Shown here piece by piece: positions 22,750 to 33,900 of a stretch of 64,000 bases of DNA; position 1 is the first letter of the stretch, and each line of letters begins with the position of its first letter. Under the pieces are notes generated by a model that was given only the letters and a program-made list of their open reading frames with translations, was not told the DNA's origin and searched no databases. The translations under genes and the position numbers were made by a program. Source of the DNA: Escherichia coli (lineage in GTDB: Bacteria > Pseudomonadota > Gammaproteobacteria > Enterobacterales > Enterobacteriaceae); NCBI RefSeq assembly GCF_041886205.1, contig NZ_CP169029.1; one strand, written 5' to 3'.

Positions 22750-23472
22750 TTATTTCAGAACGGATTCACCTTTCTGGTAACCACCATTATCATTCACCAC
22801 CGTCCATTCCACTTTTCCTGACGGAGAAACCTTCTGCTTCAGTCTGAAAGTGACAGATGAAAACGGTGCGGCCATCCCCCCCTGAGTACTGCTGACTTTC
22901 TGAGCTCCCTGTCCGACACTGACAGTACTGAAGGTAATAAAATAAGGCGTGGGATTACTGGCCTGAAGGGTATCACCGCCTGTAAGCTGCCATGTCACTT
23001 TCTTATATGCATCATCAGGAGAAAAAGGCAGACCATCAGGACGGAAAAAAAACTTAATCCGGGTGCGTACGGCAAACTGAAGGTAATTATATCCCTGTGC
23101 TTTTTCAGATTTTCCGGCAAAAGAAGGTTTGGCCGGAATATCAAGAACATTCAGCCAGAACAGTGATTCCCTGTCTGCCGGAAGTTTTTCTCCCGTATAC
23201 ATAATTCGCATTGTCTGTCCGGAAAGCGGCTCCATCCGGAAAACAGGAGGCGTAATAATAAACGGCACCCTGACAGAGTCAGGAGGGGAAGACGGGTCCC
23301 CTGTATCAAGCCATGCCTGTATCAGGGATGGCGTACTGTCTCCGTTATTCAGCCGGACATTAATACTTTTTTGTTCTGCAGGATAAATAACCCTGGTCCC
23401 CATAATAACCACACTGCCATATGAGGGCAGAGACAAAAGAACGGTAAAAATGAACAGCAGAATATGTTTCAT
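22750..23472 (-). CDS. periplasmic fimbrial chaperone (PapD-like)
   Basis: Start MKHILLFIFTVLLSLPSYG at 23472 with a GGAG RBS; about 240 aa, immediately upstream of the usher. Confidence 0.85.
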   Translation of the reverse strand: MKHILLFIFTVLLSLPSYGSVVIMGTRVIYPAEQKSINVRLNNGDSTPSLIQAWLDTGDPSSPPDSVRVPFIITPPVFRMEPLSGQTMRIMYTGEKLPADRESLFWLNVLDIPAKPSFAGKSEKAQGYNYLQFAVRTRIKFFFRPDGLPFSPDDAYKKVTWQLTGGDTLQASNPTPYFITFSTVSVGQGAQKVSSTQGGMAAPFSSVTFRLKQKVSPSGKVEWTVVNDNGGYQKGESVLK

Positions 23473-23539
23473 ACAGGCTCCGTAAACACGGGGCAAAATG
23501 CCCCGTGAACACTTAAGAAGGCAGGTATTAAGATAAAAA

Positions 23540-24088
23540 TTACTGATAAGCGATGGTGTAATTCACAGTGGCAGAAACGTTGCCGGCGGTGGCCTGACCT
23601 GTTGCATAGTACTGTGCGTTATAACGTAATGTCATTGCGTCATTATTAATAACAACAGGTGTTACTCCCTGATTAGCAGAATCATTACCAAGTAGTATCT
23701 GTGTGGTACCATCAGCATTCAGAAGCTGAATCTGGACTTTTGTTGCGTTACCAGAGCCACTACTTGAAATATTAAGGTTATGGCTATCATAATCAGTGGT
23801 CGCATTAGGCTCAAAATAAGCCTTCACACTTTGAGCTCCTGTAGCGGCAGCAGTATTACACCCACTCAGTGAAATTGTGAAAGGAGTAAGGCCTGCTACC
23901 TTCCCGGTTGAATCTAATGATTTTGTGGAGACAGTTGGTAGTGTAACTGTCAAGGGATCGGTTCCTGTAGTAACAGAACAAGTTTGATCAACAACTTTTC
24001 CATTAAAAGTAATTGTACCGTCATAAGCAAGTGTAGCAGAAGATGACGCAGCCGCCAGTATTCCAAGGATAAATTGAATTTTCCGCAT
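23540..24088 (-). CDS. major fimbrial subunit, F17-A-like pilin (182 aa)
   Basis: MRKIQFILGILAAASSSATLAYDGTITFNGKVVDQTCSV...NYTIAYQ resembles F17 major pilins (resemblance judged from memory, no alignment run). Confidence 0.8.
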   Translation of the reverse strand: MRKIQFILGILAAASSSATLAYDGTITFNGKVVDQTCSVTTGTDPLTVTLPTVSTKSLDSTGKVAGLTPFTISLSGCNTAAATGAQSVKAYFEPNATTDYDSHNLNISSSGSGNATKVQIQLLNADGTTQILLGNDSANQGVTPVVINNDAMTLRYNAQYYATGQATAGNVSATVNYTIAYQ

Positions 24089-24227
24089 AGAATCCTCAGT
24101 GAAACTGATAAGAATATATCATGAAAACAGCAGCAATTAAGAATTTAACTTAATATATTAAGAATAAATTTAATTGCCTATATACAAGATTATCCATAGT
24201 TAAAAAAACTCTCAAAACGTTAAAAAC

Positions 24228-24294
24228 GATCGATATTTCAATTTTGATAGATAAAAGCTATCAATAAACAAATTAACGATCGGTTGTAACGATC
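24228..24294. promoter_or_regulatory. cluster of three GATC (Dam) sites in ACGATCG contexts in the AT-rich region upstream of the fimbrial operon; candidate methylation-dependent switch
   Basis: GATC at 24228, 24278 and 24291, each within ACGATCG[AG]T. Confidence 0.3.
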
Positions 24295-25091
24295 GATAAA
24301 ATATATGAATCAACGTTGCCAAATAAAATAACACATCTGCAAAATAAAACTTTTTCATATTCAATAAATTAATTTCTATTTGTAACTATTACTTTTGATC
24401 ATGTATACGTTTTTAATCATAAATAATGATAATTAGCTTAGTTGATTATATAAAGGCTGTTTAGCCTGTGTTTAAGTTTTCATTTTTGTGAATTAAATCA
24501 CAAACAAGGATTTTCTGCGAATATAAATATATATAAAGTAAGATATATTATGTGCGTGTTTTATGCAGTTTATTTTTATTATCCCTATTTTCTGCAAAAC
24601 AACATATTAATCACTCTATCCATTTCTGACTCAGTTCCTTTTCTGTTCCAGGAAACCATTCATCATATTGCAGGAGAACACTCTCTGCGGGGAAATGGGA
24701 TGCAGAAACTTACAGACTACTGGCAACTTTAAATCTGTTTTTTCCGTTCAAAACGTGGGGGGATATAAGACCATACAGTGTCCAGCCAGGAAAAGTAACA
24801 ATAAAGCGCTACAGCATGGCTTCTTCCCCGGAAGAGTAGAGCGTAAAGAAGCTGTACATCACACCAATAAAGGAAACTGCCTGCACTTTTTCGCATCAGC
24901 CGTATTCTGAACAATCACCAGTGCCGCCCTCAACAGAATATACAGTATGATGATTTGGCTACCATGGCCAGGTTAACCAGTACGTTACGATGACTGTGCT
25001 GAGACATACTTATGGTCATCGTAAGCGTACAGCCTGAACCGTCTGGTCAGAATCTGACGAATTAGACAAAGTGGTGTCCACCAAATAAGTA

Positions 25092-25493
25092 GTGGGAACC
25101 AAAGTATCAGATATGCAGAAAAATGTGACTCCCGCCAGGCGAAAAGGCTGCCCTAATTATCCTCCCGAATTTAAACAGCAGCTCGTTGCTGCCTCCTGTG
25201 ACCCCGGGATATCCATCTCAAAACTTGCTCTTGAAAATGGCATTAACGCCAATCTGTTGTTCAAATGGCGACAACAATGGCGCGAGGGAAAGCTGCTATT
25301 ACCTTCTTCAGAGAGCCCCCAGCTACTTCCTGTGACTCTTGATGCAGTTGCCGAACAGCCAGAATCGCTCGCAGAGGACCCGGAAACCCTCAGTATCAGT
25401 TGTGAGGTAACGTTCCGGCACGGGACGCTCCGCTTCAATGGCAATGTCAGCGAAAAGCTCCTGACTCTGCTGATACAGGAACTGAAGCGATGA
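25092..25493 (+). CDS. tnpA: IS66-family TnpA
   Basis: 133-aa ORF, HTH region ...ISISKLALENGINANLLFKWRQQW... Confidence 0.85.
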   Translation: MGTKVSDMQKNVTPARRKGCPNYPPEFKQQLVAASCDPGISISKLALENGINANLLFKWRQQWREGKLLLPSSESPQLLPVTLDAVAEQPESLAEDPETLSISCEVTFRHGTLRFNGNVSEKLLTLLIQELKR

Positions 25494-25837
25494 TCCCGTT
25501 ACCTTCCGGGACCAAAATTTGGCTGGTTGCCGGTATCACCGATATGAGAAATGGCTTCAACGGCCTGGCTGCGAAAGTACAGACGGAGCTGAAAGACGAT
25601 CCCATGTCCGGCCATGTTTTCATTTTCCGGGGCCGCAGCGGTAGTCAGGTTAAACTGCTGTGGTCCACCGGTGACGGACTGTGCCTCCTGACCAAACGGC
25701 TGGAGCGTGGGCGCTTCGCCTGGCCGTCAGCCCGTGATGGCAAAGTGTTCCTTACGCAGGCGCAACTGGCGATGCTGCTGGAGGGTATAGTCTGGATGCA
25801 ACCGGGAAGGTCGAAAAGTAATAGTCTGCGGATCTGA
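25490..25837 (+). CDS. tnpB: IS66-family TnpB
   Basis: 115 aa, nearly identical to 14208..14558 over most of its length. Confidence 0.85.
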   Translation: MIPLPSGTKIWLVAGITDMRNGFNGLAAKVQTELKDDPMSGHVFIFRGRSGSQVKLLWSTGDGLCLLTKRLERGRFAWPSARDGKVFLTQAQLAMLLEGIVWMQPGRSKSNSLRI

Positions 25838-25856
25838 ATCCCTTTACCTGGGCAGG

Positions 25857-26443
25857 ATGAAAAATATCCCGCTTCCTGATAATATCGACCAGCTGAAAGC
25901 CCTGTTGCGTCAGCAGCAGGTTGCTGTGGAACAGCTAAATGTTACCATGAAAAAGCAGCAGGCCCGGCTGCGCCAGTACGCCGGACAGGTTGCCGACTAC
26001 GAACAGGAAATCGAACGGCTGAAGGCACAGCTTGATAAGTTGATAAGCTGCGGCGGATGCTGTTCGGGCAGAGTTCAGAGAAAAGCCGCAATAAACTGGA
26101 AAATAAAATCCGCCAGGCAGAGAAGCGGCTGGCTGAGCTGGAAAACCGTCTTGCAGCGGCAAAACGCTGTCTGCAGGACGATGAGCCCACTGTCAGTACG
26201 GTTGAGCAGGCAGAGCCCCCGGTGGCGGTCGCCCCACAGGACCGGCCTGCACGCCGCTCCCGTCGTCAGAAACTGCCGGCAGACCTGCCACGTGAAACCC
26301 GGCGCATCACCCCGACAGTGACTGTCTGCCCGAAATGCGGCGGCGACCTGAAGGTGATGAGTGAAACCGTCTCAGAGCAACTGGAGATAATCCGCAGCGC
26401 CTTTAAGGTCATCGAAACGGTGCGCCCGAAGCTGGCCTGCAGC
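25857..26443 (+). pseudogene. tnpC: IS66-family TnpC, N-terminal part, frameshifted by an 8-bp duplication and truncated
   Basis: MKNIPLPDNIDQLKALL...QLDKL then frame shifts at the duplicated TTGATAAG (26033..26048); continues in the 26057 frame (MLFGQSSEKSRNKL...CPKCGGDL...) and ends at the junction with cdiA. Confidence 0.75.
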
Positions 26444-29400
26444 GGTGTGCTTGTTGGTTCCGCCCTGAATACACAGTCACAGACCCTGACCAACAGTGGT
26501 CTGTTGCAGGGGGAGGCCTCACTCACCGTTAACACACAGAGGCTTGATAATCAGCAGAACGGCACGCTGTACAGTGCTGCAGACCTGACGCTGGATATAC
26601 CGGACATCCGCAACAGCGGGCTTATCACCGGTGATAATGGTTTAACGTTAAACACTGCCTCCCTCAGCAATCCGGGAAAAATCATCGCTGACACGCTGAA
26701 CGTCAGGGCGACCACGCTGGATGGTGATGGTCTGTTGCAGGGCGCCGGTGCACTGGCGCTTGCAGGCGACACCCTCTCACAGGGCCGTAACGGACGCTGG
26801 CTGACGGCGGGCGACCTCTCCCTCCGGGGTAAAACACTGCATACCGCAGGGACCATGCAGGGACAGAATCTCACCGTGCAGGCGGACAACTGGGCGAACA
26901 GTGGCTCCGTGCTGGCAACCGGTAACCTTACTGCTTCGGCAACCGGTCAGTTGACCAGTACCGGCGATATCATGAGCCAGGGTGACACCACGCTGAACGC
27001 AGCCACCACGGACAACCGGGGCAGTCTGCTTTCGGCCGGCACGCTCTCTCTTGATGGAAATTCACTGGATAACAGCGGCACTGTCCAGGGTAACCATGTC
27101 ACGCTTCACCACAGAAGCACTGACAACAGCGGTACGGTCACGGGGCTGAGCGGTCTGACCCTGCACAGCGCGGACGGGCTTACCAACAGTGGCGCGCTGC
27201 TGAGCCAGAACTCGCTGGCGCTGAGCGCAGGAGATGTGACCAACAGCGGCCGGATTCAGGGGCAGAACATCACTCTGGATGCCAGCAGCCTGACCAGCAG
27301 CGGTGCTGTTCAGAGTGCGCTGGATTTGGCTCTGACCCTGAGTGGCGATGTTATTGCTGCCACCGGCAGCAAAATTACCGCCATGGGCGATGCCCGCCTG
27401 ACCGGGAAAGTGCTGGGTAACCAGGGATTAATCAGCGCGAAGACGCTGGAAGTGAATGGTGATTCGCTCAGCAACAGTGGCGAAATCAGTGGTGTTAACA
27501 GCCTGAACGTGACACTCAGTGGTAATCTGCAACAGCACGGTAAAATGCTGACAGGCGGTGCATTAAACGTCAACGCCAGAGACATCAGCAATAGTGGGCA
27601 GCTTCAGGGGGCGGATAACCGAATCACCGCCAGTTCGCTGACCAACTCAGGTCGTGTGCAGGGCGACAGCGGGCTGACTCTTACATTGCTGAATGCCCTG
27701 ACCAACCAGACCAGCGGTGTGCTTCTCAGCCAGAACGTATCAGCGCTTTCCGCACCCGTGCTGACCAATGACGGCACCATTCAGGGCAACGGTAAAACCA
27801 CGCTCAGCGCGGCAACGCAGGCCCACAACAGTGGCAAGATTCTTTCCGGCGGTGAGCTGACGTTCACCACGCCGGACTACAGTGGCAGTGGCTGGCTACA
27901 GGCCACTGACCTGCTGCTGAACGTGGCGAAGCTTGCCGGTAATGGCACTGTGATGGCGGCGAATCAGGCAACGCTCACAGGTAACAGTCTGACCAACCGT
28001 GGCCTGTTCCAGGCCGCACAACTGAACGTCAACACGCAGACCATCACCAACAGCGGCACGCTGCTGGGTAATCAGGGCCTGACAATAAAAGGGAACAGCC
28101 TGAACAACGCCGGCGGGAAGGTATTCAGCGGCGGTGATATGCTTGCTGATATGGTCTCGCTCAGCGGCGCGGGCCAGCTGGTTGCACTCGGTAACCTGAC
28201 GCTGAAGCTCACCCGTGGTTTGACAGCACAGGGCGTTATCGCCGCGAATAAACAACTCTCCGTCAGCAGCCAGGGTGATATTACCAATGGCGCCACATTG
28301 CAGGGCAACGGTATCACGCTGAATGCGGCGGGCAGGCTGACCAACAATGGCCAGTTGACCGCCGGCAACGGCACCACGGCACTGAGCGGCAGCGGGATTG
28401 CGATGAATGCCAGCGGCAGCCTGCAGGCAGGCGGGGACGTCAGTCTGACCAGCCGGGGGGATATCACTCTCGACGGTTTTACCGGCACGACGGGTAGTCT
28501 GATGTTAACGGCCGCCGGGTCAGTCATTAACGCCGCACTGTTGTATGCGGGCAATAACCTCTCGCTGTTTGCCAGCACCATCCGGAACCATCACGGCGAT
28601 ATGCTGGCGGGTGACAGCCTGGTGATGCAGAAAGATGTCAGTGGTGCCGCGAATGCTGAAGTGATTAATACCTCCGGGAATATCGAAACCACCCGCGGTG
28701 ATATCACCATCAGAACCGGACATTTACTGAATCAGCGGGAGGGTATAAATGAGACAAAATCATACATTCCGGTTGAGAATGTCGCAGTACCTGATGGTGC
28801 AAATTCTGTTTCAGTCAGAGTGGGCGATTTAGGTGAAGATGGATGGGGATATTATGTGAAGTCCTGGAGCGGTACTGCCGGTGGTGGTTTTGAGGCATGG
28901 GCCGTTCCGACTGAAAAGGGAGCCACCCGGAAATTTCTGACTGGCACAACACGCGTCGATGTTGGTGCAACAGGGGGGGATGCCAGAATTTCGGCCGGGA
29001 ATAATCTGCTGATTGACGCGGACAAACTGGATAATACGGGAAGTCATCTTCTTGCCAGCGAGTTTGTCAGCCTGTCGGGTTCACAACTGAATAATCAGTC
29101 CTTCTTTGGCTATACACAGGATGAATACAATGTGTATCGCTATTACGGCAAACTGGCCATGATCCCCAACGACGGGCATCTGCAGTATGGAGATGCTTCT
29201 GCCGATGATCGCGTTACCTTTACTCTCTCCGGAGCTCCGGAATATGTCACCAGAGACACCGGTCAGGCTCTGAGAGCCGTGATTCAGGCAGGCAAAAATG
29301 TCACTGCCGTTTTTTCCAGTGATATCAGTAATACATCCACAACCTCAAATGCAGGACGGATCACAAATACCCTTGCGGCACCTGAAATTAACACGCCGGC

Positions 29401-29553
29401 AGAGAAAAATATCAGCCCGGGAATGGCTCAACTGGCGCCGGATGGCACAGAGACGCTGACCGTCACGGCCCCGGACTGGACTGACACCATTACCCGTCTG
29501 ACGATCGGCAGTGGTACGGACCTGGCTTCCGGCATCGTGGTGGGGAACTATCC
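26444..29553 (+). pseudogene. cdiA: cdiA internal segment (filamentous haemagglutinin-type repeat region), 5'-truncated and fused in frame to the tnpC remnant
   Basis: Long Gly/Asn/Thr/Ser-rich repeat region (...LTNSGLLQGEASLTVNTQRLDNQ...); no cdiB or CdiA secretion domain upstream; interrupted at 29553 by IS186. Confidence 0.8.
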
Positions 29554-30892
29554 CATAAGCGCTAACTTAAGGGTTGTGGTATTACGCCTGATATGATTTA
29601 ACGTGCCGATGAATTACTCTCACGATAACTGGTCAGCAATTCTGGCCCATATTGGTAAGCCCGAAGAACTGGATACTTCGGCACGTAATGCCGGGGCTCT
29701 AACCCGCCGCCGCGAAATTCGTGATGCTGCAACTCTGCTACGTCTGGGGCTGGCTTACGGCCCCGGGGGGATGTCATTACGTGAAGTCACTGCATGGGCT
29801 CAGCTCCATGACGTTGCAACATTATCTGACGTGGCTCTCCTGAAGCGGCTGCGGAATGCCGCCGACTGGTTTGGCATACTTGCCGCACAAACACTTGCTG
29901 TACGCGCCGCAGTTACGGGTTGTACAAGCGGAAAGAGATTGCGTCTTGTCGATGGAACAGCAATCAGTGCGCCCGGGGGCGGCAGCGCTGAATGGCGACT
30001 ACATATGGGATATGATCCTCATACCTGTCAGTTCACTGATTTTGAGCTAACCGACAGCAGAGACGCTGAACGGCTGGACCGATTTGCGCAAACGGCAGAC
30101 GAGATACGCATTGCTGACCGGGGATTCGGTTCGCGTCCCGAATGTATCCGCTCACTTGCTTTTGGAGAAGCTGATTATATCGTCCGGGTTCACTGGCGAG
30201 GATTGCGCTGGTTAACTGCAGAAGGAATGCGCTTTGACATGATGGGTTTTCTGCGCGGGCTGGATTGCGGTAAGAACGGTGAAACCACTGTAATGATAGG
30301 CAATTCAGGTAATAAAAAAGCCGGAGCTCCCTTTCCGGCACGTCTCATTGCCGTATCACTTCCTCCCGAAAAAGCATTAATCAGTAAAACCCGACTGCTC
30401 AGCGAGAATCGTCGAAAAGGACGAGTAGTTCAGGCGGAAACGCTGGAAGCAGCGGGCCATGTGCTATTGCTAACATCATTACCGGAAGATGAATATTCAG
30501 CAGAGCAAGTGGCTGATTGTTACCGTCTGCGATGGCAAATTGAACTGGCTTTTAAGCGGCTCAAAAGTTTGCTGCACCTGGATGCTTTGCGTGCAAAGGA
30601 ACCTGAACTCGCGAAAGCGTGGATATTTGCTAATCTACTCGCCGCATTTTTAATTGACGACATAATCCAGCCATCGCTGGATTTCCCCCCCAGAAGTGCC
30701 GGATCCGAAAAGAAGAACTAACTCGTTGTGGAGAATAACAAAAATGGTCATCTGGAGCTTACAGGTGGCCATTCGTGGGACAGTATCCCTGACAGCCTAC
30801 AAAACGCAATTGAAGAACGCGAGGCATCGTCTTAACGAGGCACCGAGGCGTCGCATTCTTCAGATGGTTCAACCCTTAAGTTAGCGCTTATG
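29554..30892 (+). mobile_element. IS186 (IS4 family), 1339 bp, with a 10-bp target-site duplication GGAACTATCC
   Basis: Terminal inverted repeats CATAAGCGCTAACTTAAGGGTTG (29554) and CAACCCTTAAGTTAGCGCTTATG (ending 30892); GGAACTATCC at 29544-29553 and 30893-30902; the cdiA frame is restored across the insertion. Confidence 0.9.
29609..30721 (+). CDS. insL: IS186 transposase
   Basis: 370-aa product MNYSHDNWSAILAHIGKPEELDTSARNAG... from the ATG at 29609. Confidence 0.9.
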   Translation: MNYSHDNWSAILAHIGKPEELDTSARNAGALTRRREIRDAATLLRLGLAYGPGGMSLREVTAWAQLHDVATLSDVALLKRLRNAADWFGILAAQTLAVRAAVTGCTSGKRLRLVDGTAISAPGGGSAEWRLHMGYDPHTCQFTDFELTDSRDAERLDRFAQTADEIRIADRGFGSRPECIRSLAFGEADYIVRVHWRGLRWLTAEGMRFDMMGFLRGLDCGKNGETTVMIGNSGNKKAGAPFPARLIAVSLPPEKALISKTRLLSENRRKGRVVQAETLEAAGHVLLLTSLPEDEYSAEQVADCYRLRWQIELAFKRLKSLLHLDALRAKEPELAKAWIFANLLAAFLIDDIIQPSLDFPPRSAGSEKKN

Positions 30893-30902
30893 GGAACTAT
30901 CC

Positions 30903-33900
30903 CCTGCCTTCCGGTAACAATGGTTATTTTGTCCCGTCCACGGACCCGGACAGTCCGTATCTGATTACGGTGAATCCGAAACTGGATGGTCTCGGAAAGG
31001 TGGACAGCAGTCTGTTTGCCGGACTGTATGACCTGCTCAGGATGCACCCCGGGCAGGCACCACGTGAAACAGACCCGGCGTATACTGATGATAAACAATT
31101 CCCGGGCTCATCGTATTTTCTTGACCGGCTCGGGCTGAAACCGGAAAAAGATTATCGCTTCCTGGGGGATGCCGCTTTTGATACCCGCTATGTATCGAAC
31201 TATATGCTGAACCAGATCGGGGGGCGCTATATCAACGGGGTTGGTTCAGACACCGACCAGATGCGCTACCTGATGGATAACGCTGCCCGTGCACAGAAGG
31301 CGCTCGGTCTGAAGTTTGGTGTGGCACTGACAGCAGACCAGGTGGCGGCTCTCGACCAAAGTATTCTGTGGTATAAAGCCGTCACGATAAAGGGTCAGAC
31401 GGTGATGGTGCCGGAAGTGTATCTGTCACCGAAAGATGTGACGCTGCAGAACGGCAGTATTATCAGCGGTCAGAATGTGCACCTGGCAGGAGGGAATGTC
31501 ACTAACAGTGGCAGTACCCTGATGGCGCAGAATGATCTCACCATCGACAGCGCTGACAGTCTGGGTAACCTTGAGTCCGGGCTTATAAATGCCGGTGGCG
31601 CTCTCGGACTGAAAGCGATGGGCGATATCAACAATATCAGTGCCACGATTACCGGTAAGACTGTCCGGCTGGAGAGTCTCGCCGGCAATGTCAATAATCT
31701 CACCCGGTACTCACACTGGCAGCTTGATGCACCGGAAGACAGCCTCGCCCTGAAACACACTTATACGGGAAGCATTGCCTCTGTCAGTGCCATGGATAGT
31801 CTGGACATCCGGGCAGATAAAAACATTTCGGTCACAGGGGCAGAAATCAGCGCCGGAGGTCGCGCAGCACTTATTGCCGGCAATGATCTCAGTCTGAATG
31901 CCATTGACAGGGTAAGCAGCAGTCGCCATGCAAACAGTGAATCTCACCAGCGCAGTGCAGAACTTACGACCATTACTGCCGGCGACAGTGTGATGCTGAG
32001 TGCAGGCCGGGATGTGAGCAGTCAGGGTGCAGGTATCGCAGCGGAAGACAACATCACTGTCCGGGCCGGGCGCGACGTTAATCTGCTGGCGGAAGAGTCC
32101 GTGACCGGCAGCAGTTCATACTCGAAAAAGAAAACGGTCATTGATGAAACCGTTCGCCAGCAGGGAACGGAAATCGCCAGCGGTGGTGACACCACCATTA
32201 CTGCAGGACGGGATATCACCGCTGTTGCGTCATCCGTTACCGCAACCGGCAATATCAGTGTGAATGCCGGTCGTGATGTCGCCCTGACCACGGCGACAGA
32301 AAGTGACTATCACTATCTGGAAACGAAGAAAAAAAGCGGAGGTTTTCTCAGTAAGAAAACCACCCACACCATCAGTGAGAACAGTGCCACCCGTGAAGCA
32401 GGCGCCCTGCTGTCGGGGAACCGCGTGACCGTTAACGCCGGTGATAACCTGACAGTACAGGGTTCGGATGTGGTGGCTGACCGGGATGTGTCACTGGCGG
32501 CGGGTAACCATGTTGATGTTCTTGCTGCCACCAATACAGATACGTCCTGGCGCTTTAAGGAAACGAAGAAATCCGGTCTGATGGGTACCGGCGGTATTGG
32601 TTTCACCATTGGCAGCAGTAAGACAACGCACGACCGCCGCGAGGCCGGGACAACGCAGAGTCAGAGTGCCAGCACCATCGGCTCCACTGCCGGTAATGTC
32701 AGTATTACCGCGGGCAAACAGGCTCATATCAGCGGTTCGGATGTGATTGCGAACCGGGATATCCGCATTACCGGTGACAGTGTGGTGGTTGACCCGGGGC
32801 ATGACCGTCGTACTGTGGACGAAAAATTTGAGCAGAAGAAAAGCGGGCTGACGGTTGCCCTTTCCGGCACAGTGGGCAGTGCCATCAATAATGCGGTTAC
32901 CAGTGCACAGGAGACGAAGGAGAGCAGTGACAGCCGTCTGAAAGCCCTGCAGACCACAAAGACAGCGCTGTCTGGTGTGCAGGCCGGACAGGCTGCGGCA
33001 ATGGCCACCGCAACCGGTGACCCGAATGCGACGGGAGTCAGCCTGTCGCTCACCACCCAGAAATCGAAATCACAACAACATTCTGAAAGTGACACAGTAT
33101 CCGGCAGTACGCTGAATGCCGGGAATAATCTGTCTGTTGTCGCAACCGGCAAAAACAGGGGCGATAACCGCGGAGATATTGTGATTGCAGGAAGCCAGCT
33201 TAAGGCCGGTGGTAACACAAGCCTGGATGCCGCGAATGATATTCTGTTGAGTGGCGCTGCAAATACACAAAAAACAACGGGCAGGAACAGCAGCAGTGGC
33301 GGTGGCGTGGGTGTCAGTATCGGTGCCGGTGGTAACGGTGCCGGTATCAGTGTCTTTGCCAGCGTTAATGCGGCAAAAGGCAGCGAGAAAGGTAACGGTA
33401 CTGAGTGGACTGAAACCACAACAGACAGCGGTAAAACCGTCACCATCAACAGTGGTCGGGATACGGTACTGAACGGTGCTCAGGTCAACGGCAACAGGAT
33501 TATCGCCGATGTGGGCCACGACCTGCTGATAAGCAGCCAGCAGGACACCAGTAAGTACGACAGTAAACAGACCAGCGTGGCTGCCGGCGGCAGTTTTACC
33601 TTTGGCTCCATGACCGGCTCAGGTTACATCGCTGCCTCCCGGGATAAGATGAAGAGCCGCTTTGATTCCGTTGCTGAACAAACCGGAATGTTTGCCGGTG
33701 ACGGCGGCTTCGACATTACAGTGGGCAGACATACCCAACTGGATGGTGCGGTGATTGCCTCCACTGCCACACCGGATAAAAACCACCTGGATACCGGAAC
33801 GCTGGGGTTCAGTGACCTTCACAACGAAGCGGATTATAAAGTCAGTCACAGTGGAATCAGTCTGAGCGGTGGTGGCAGCTTCGGGGATAAATTTCAGGGT

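Larger units (their letters stand above)
25022..26443 (+). mobile_element. IS66-family element 3: left end GTAAGCGTACAGCC at 25022, intact tnpA/tnpB, tnpC frameshifted and then truncated where it is fused to cdiA
   Basis: tnpA 25092..25493, tnpB 25490..25837, tnpC N-terminus 25857 onward; TnpC homology stops at ...VIETVRPKLAC near 26440. Confidence 0.75.

Noticed and set aside
24100-25020. Search for a fim-type invertible promoter switch upstream of the fimbrial operon
   Set aside because: No pair of inverted repeats bracketing a promoter-sized segment and no recombinase gene nearby; only the GATC cluster stands out.
29288-29596. The tail of ORF 26057..29596 (...[17 protein letters not shown]) as a genuine CdiA C-terminus
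   Set aside because: Those final codons are read from the IS186 terminal repeat; the true cdiA frame resumes at 30903.
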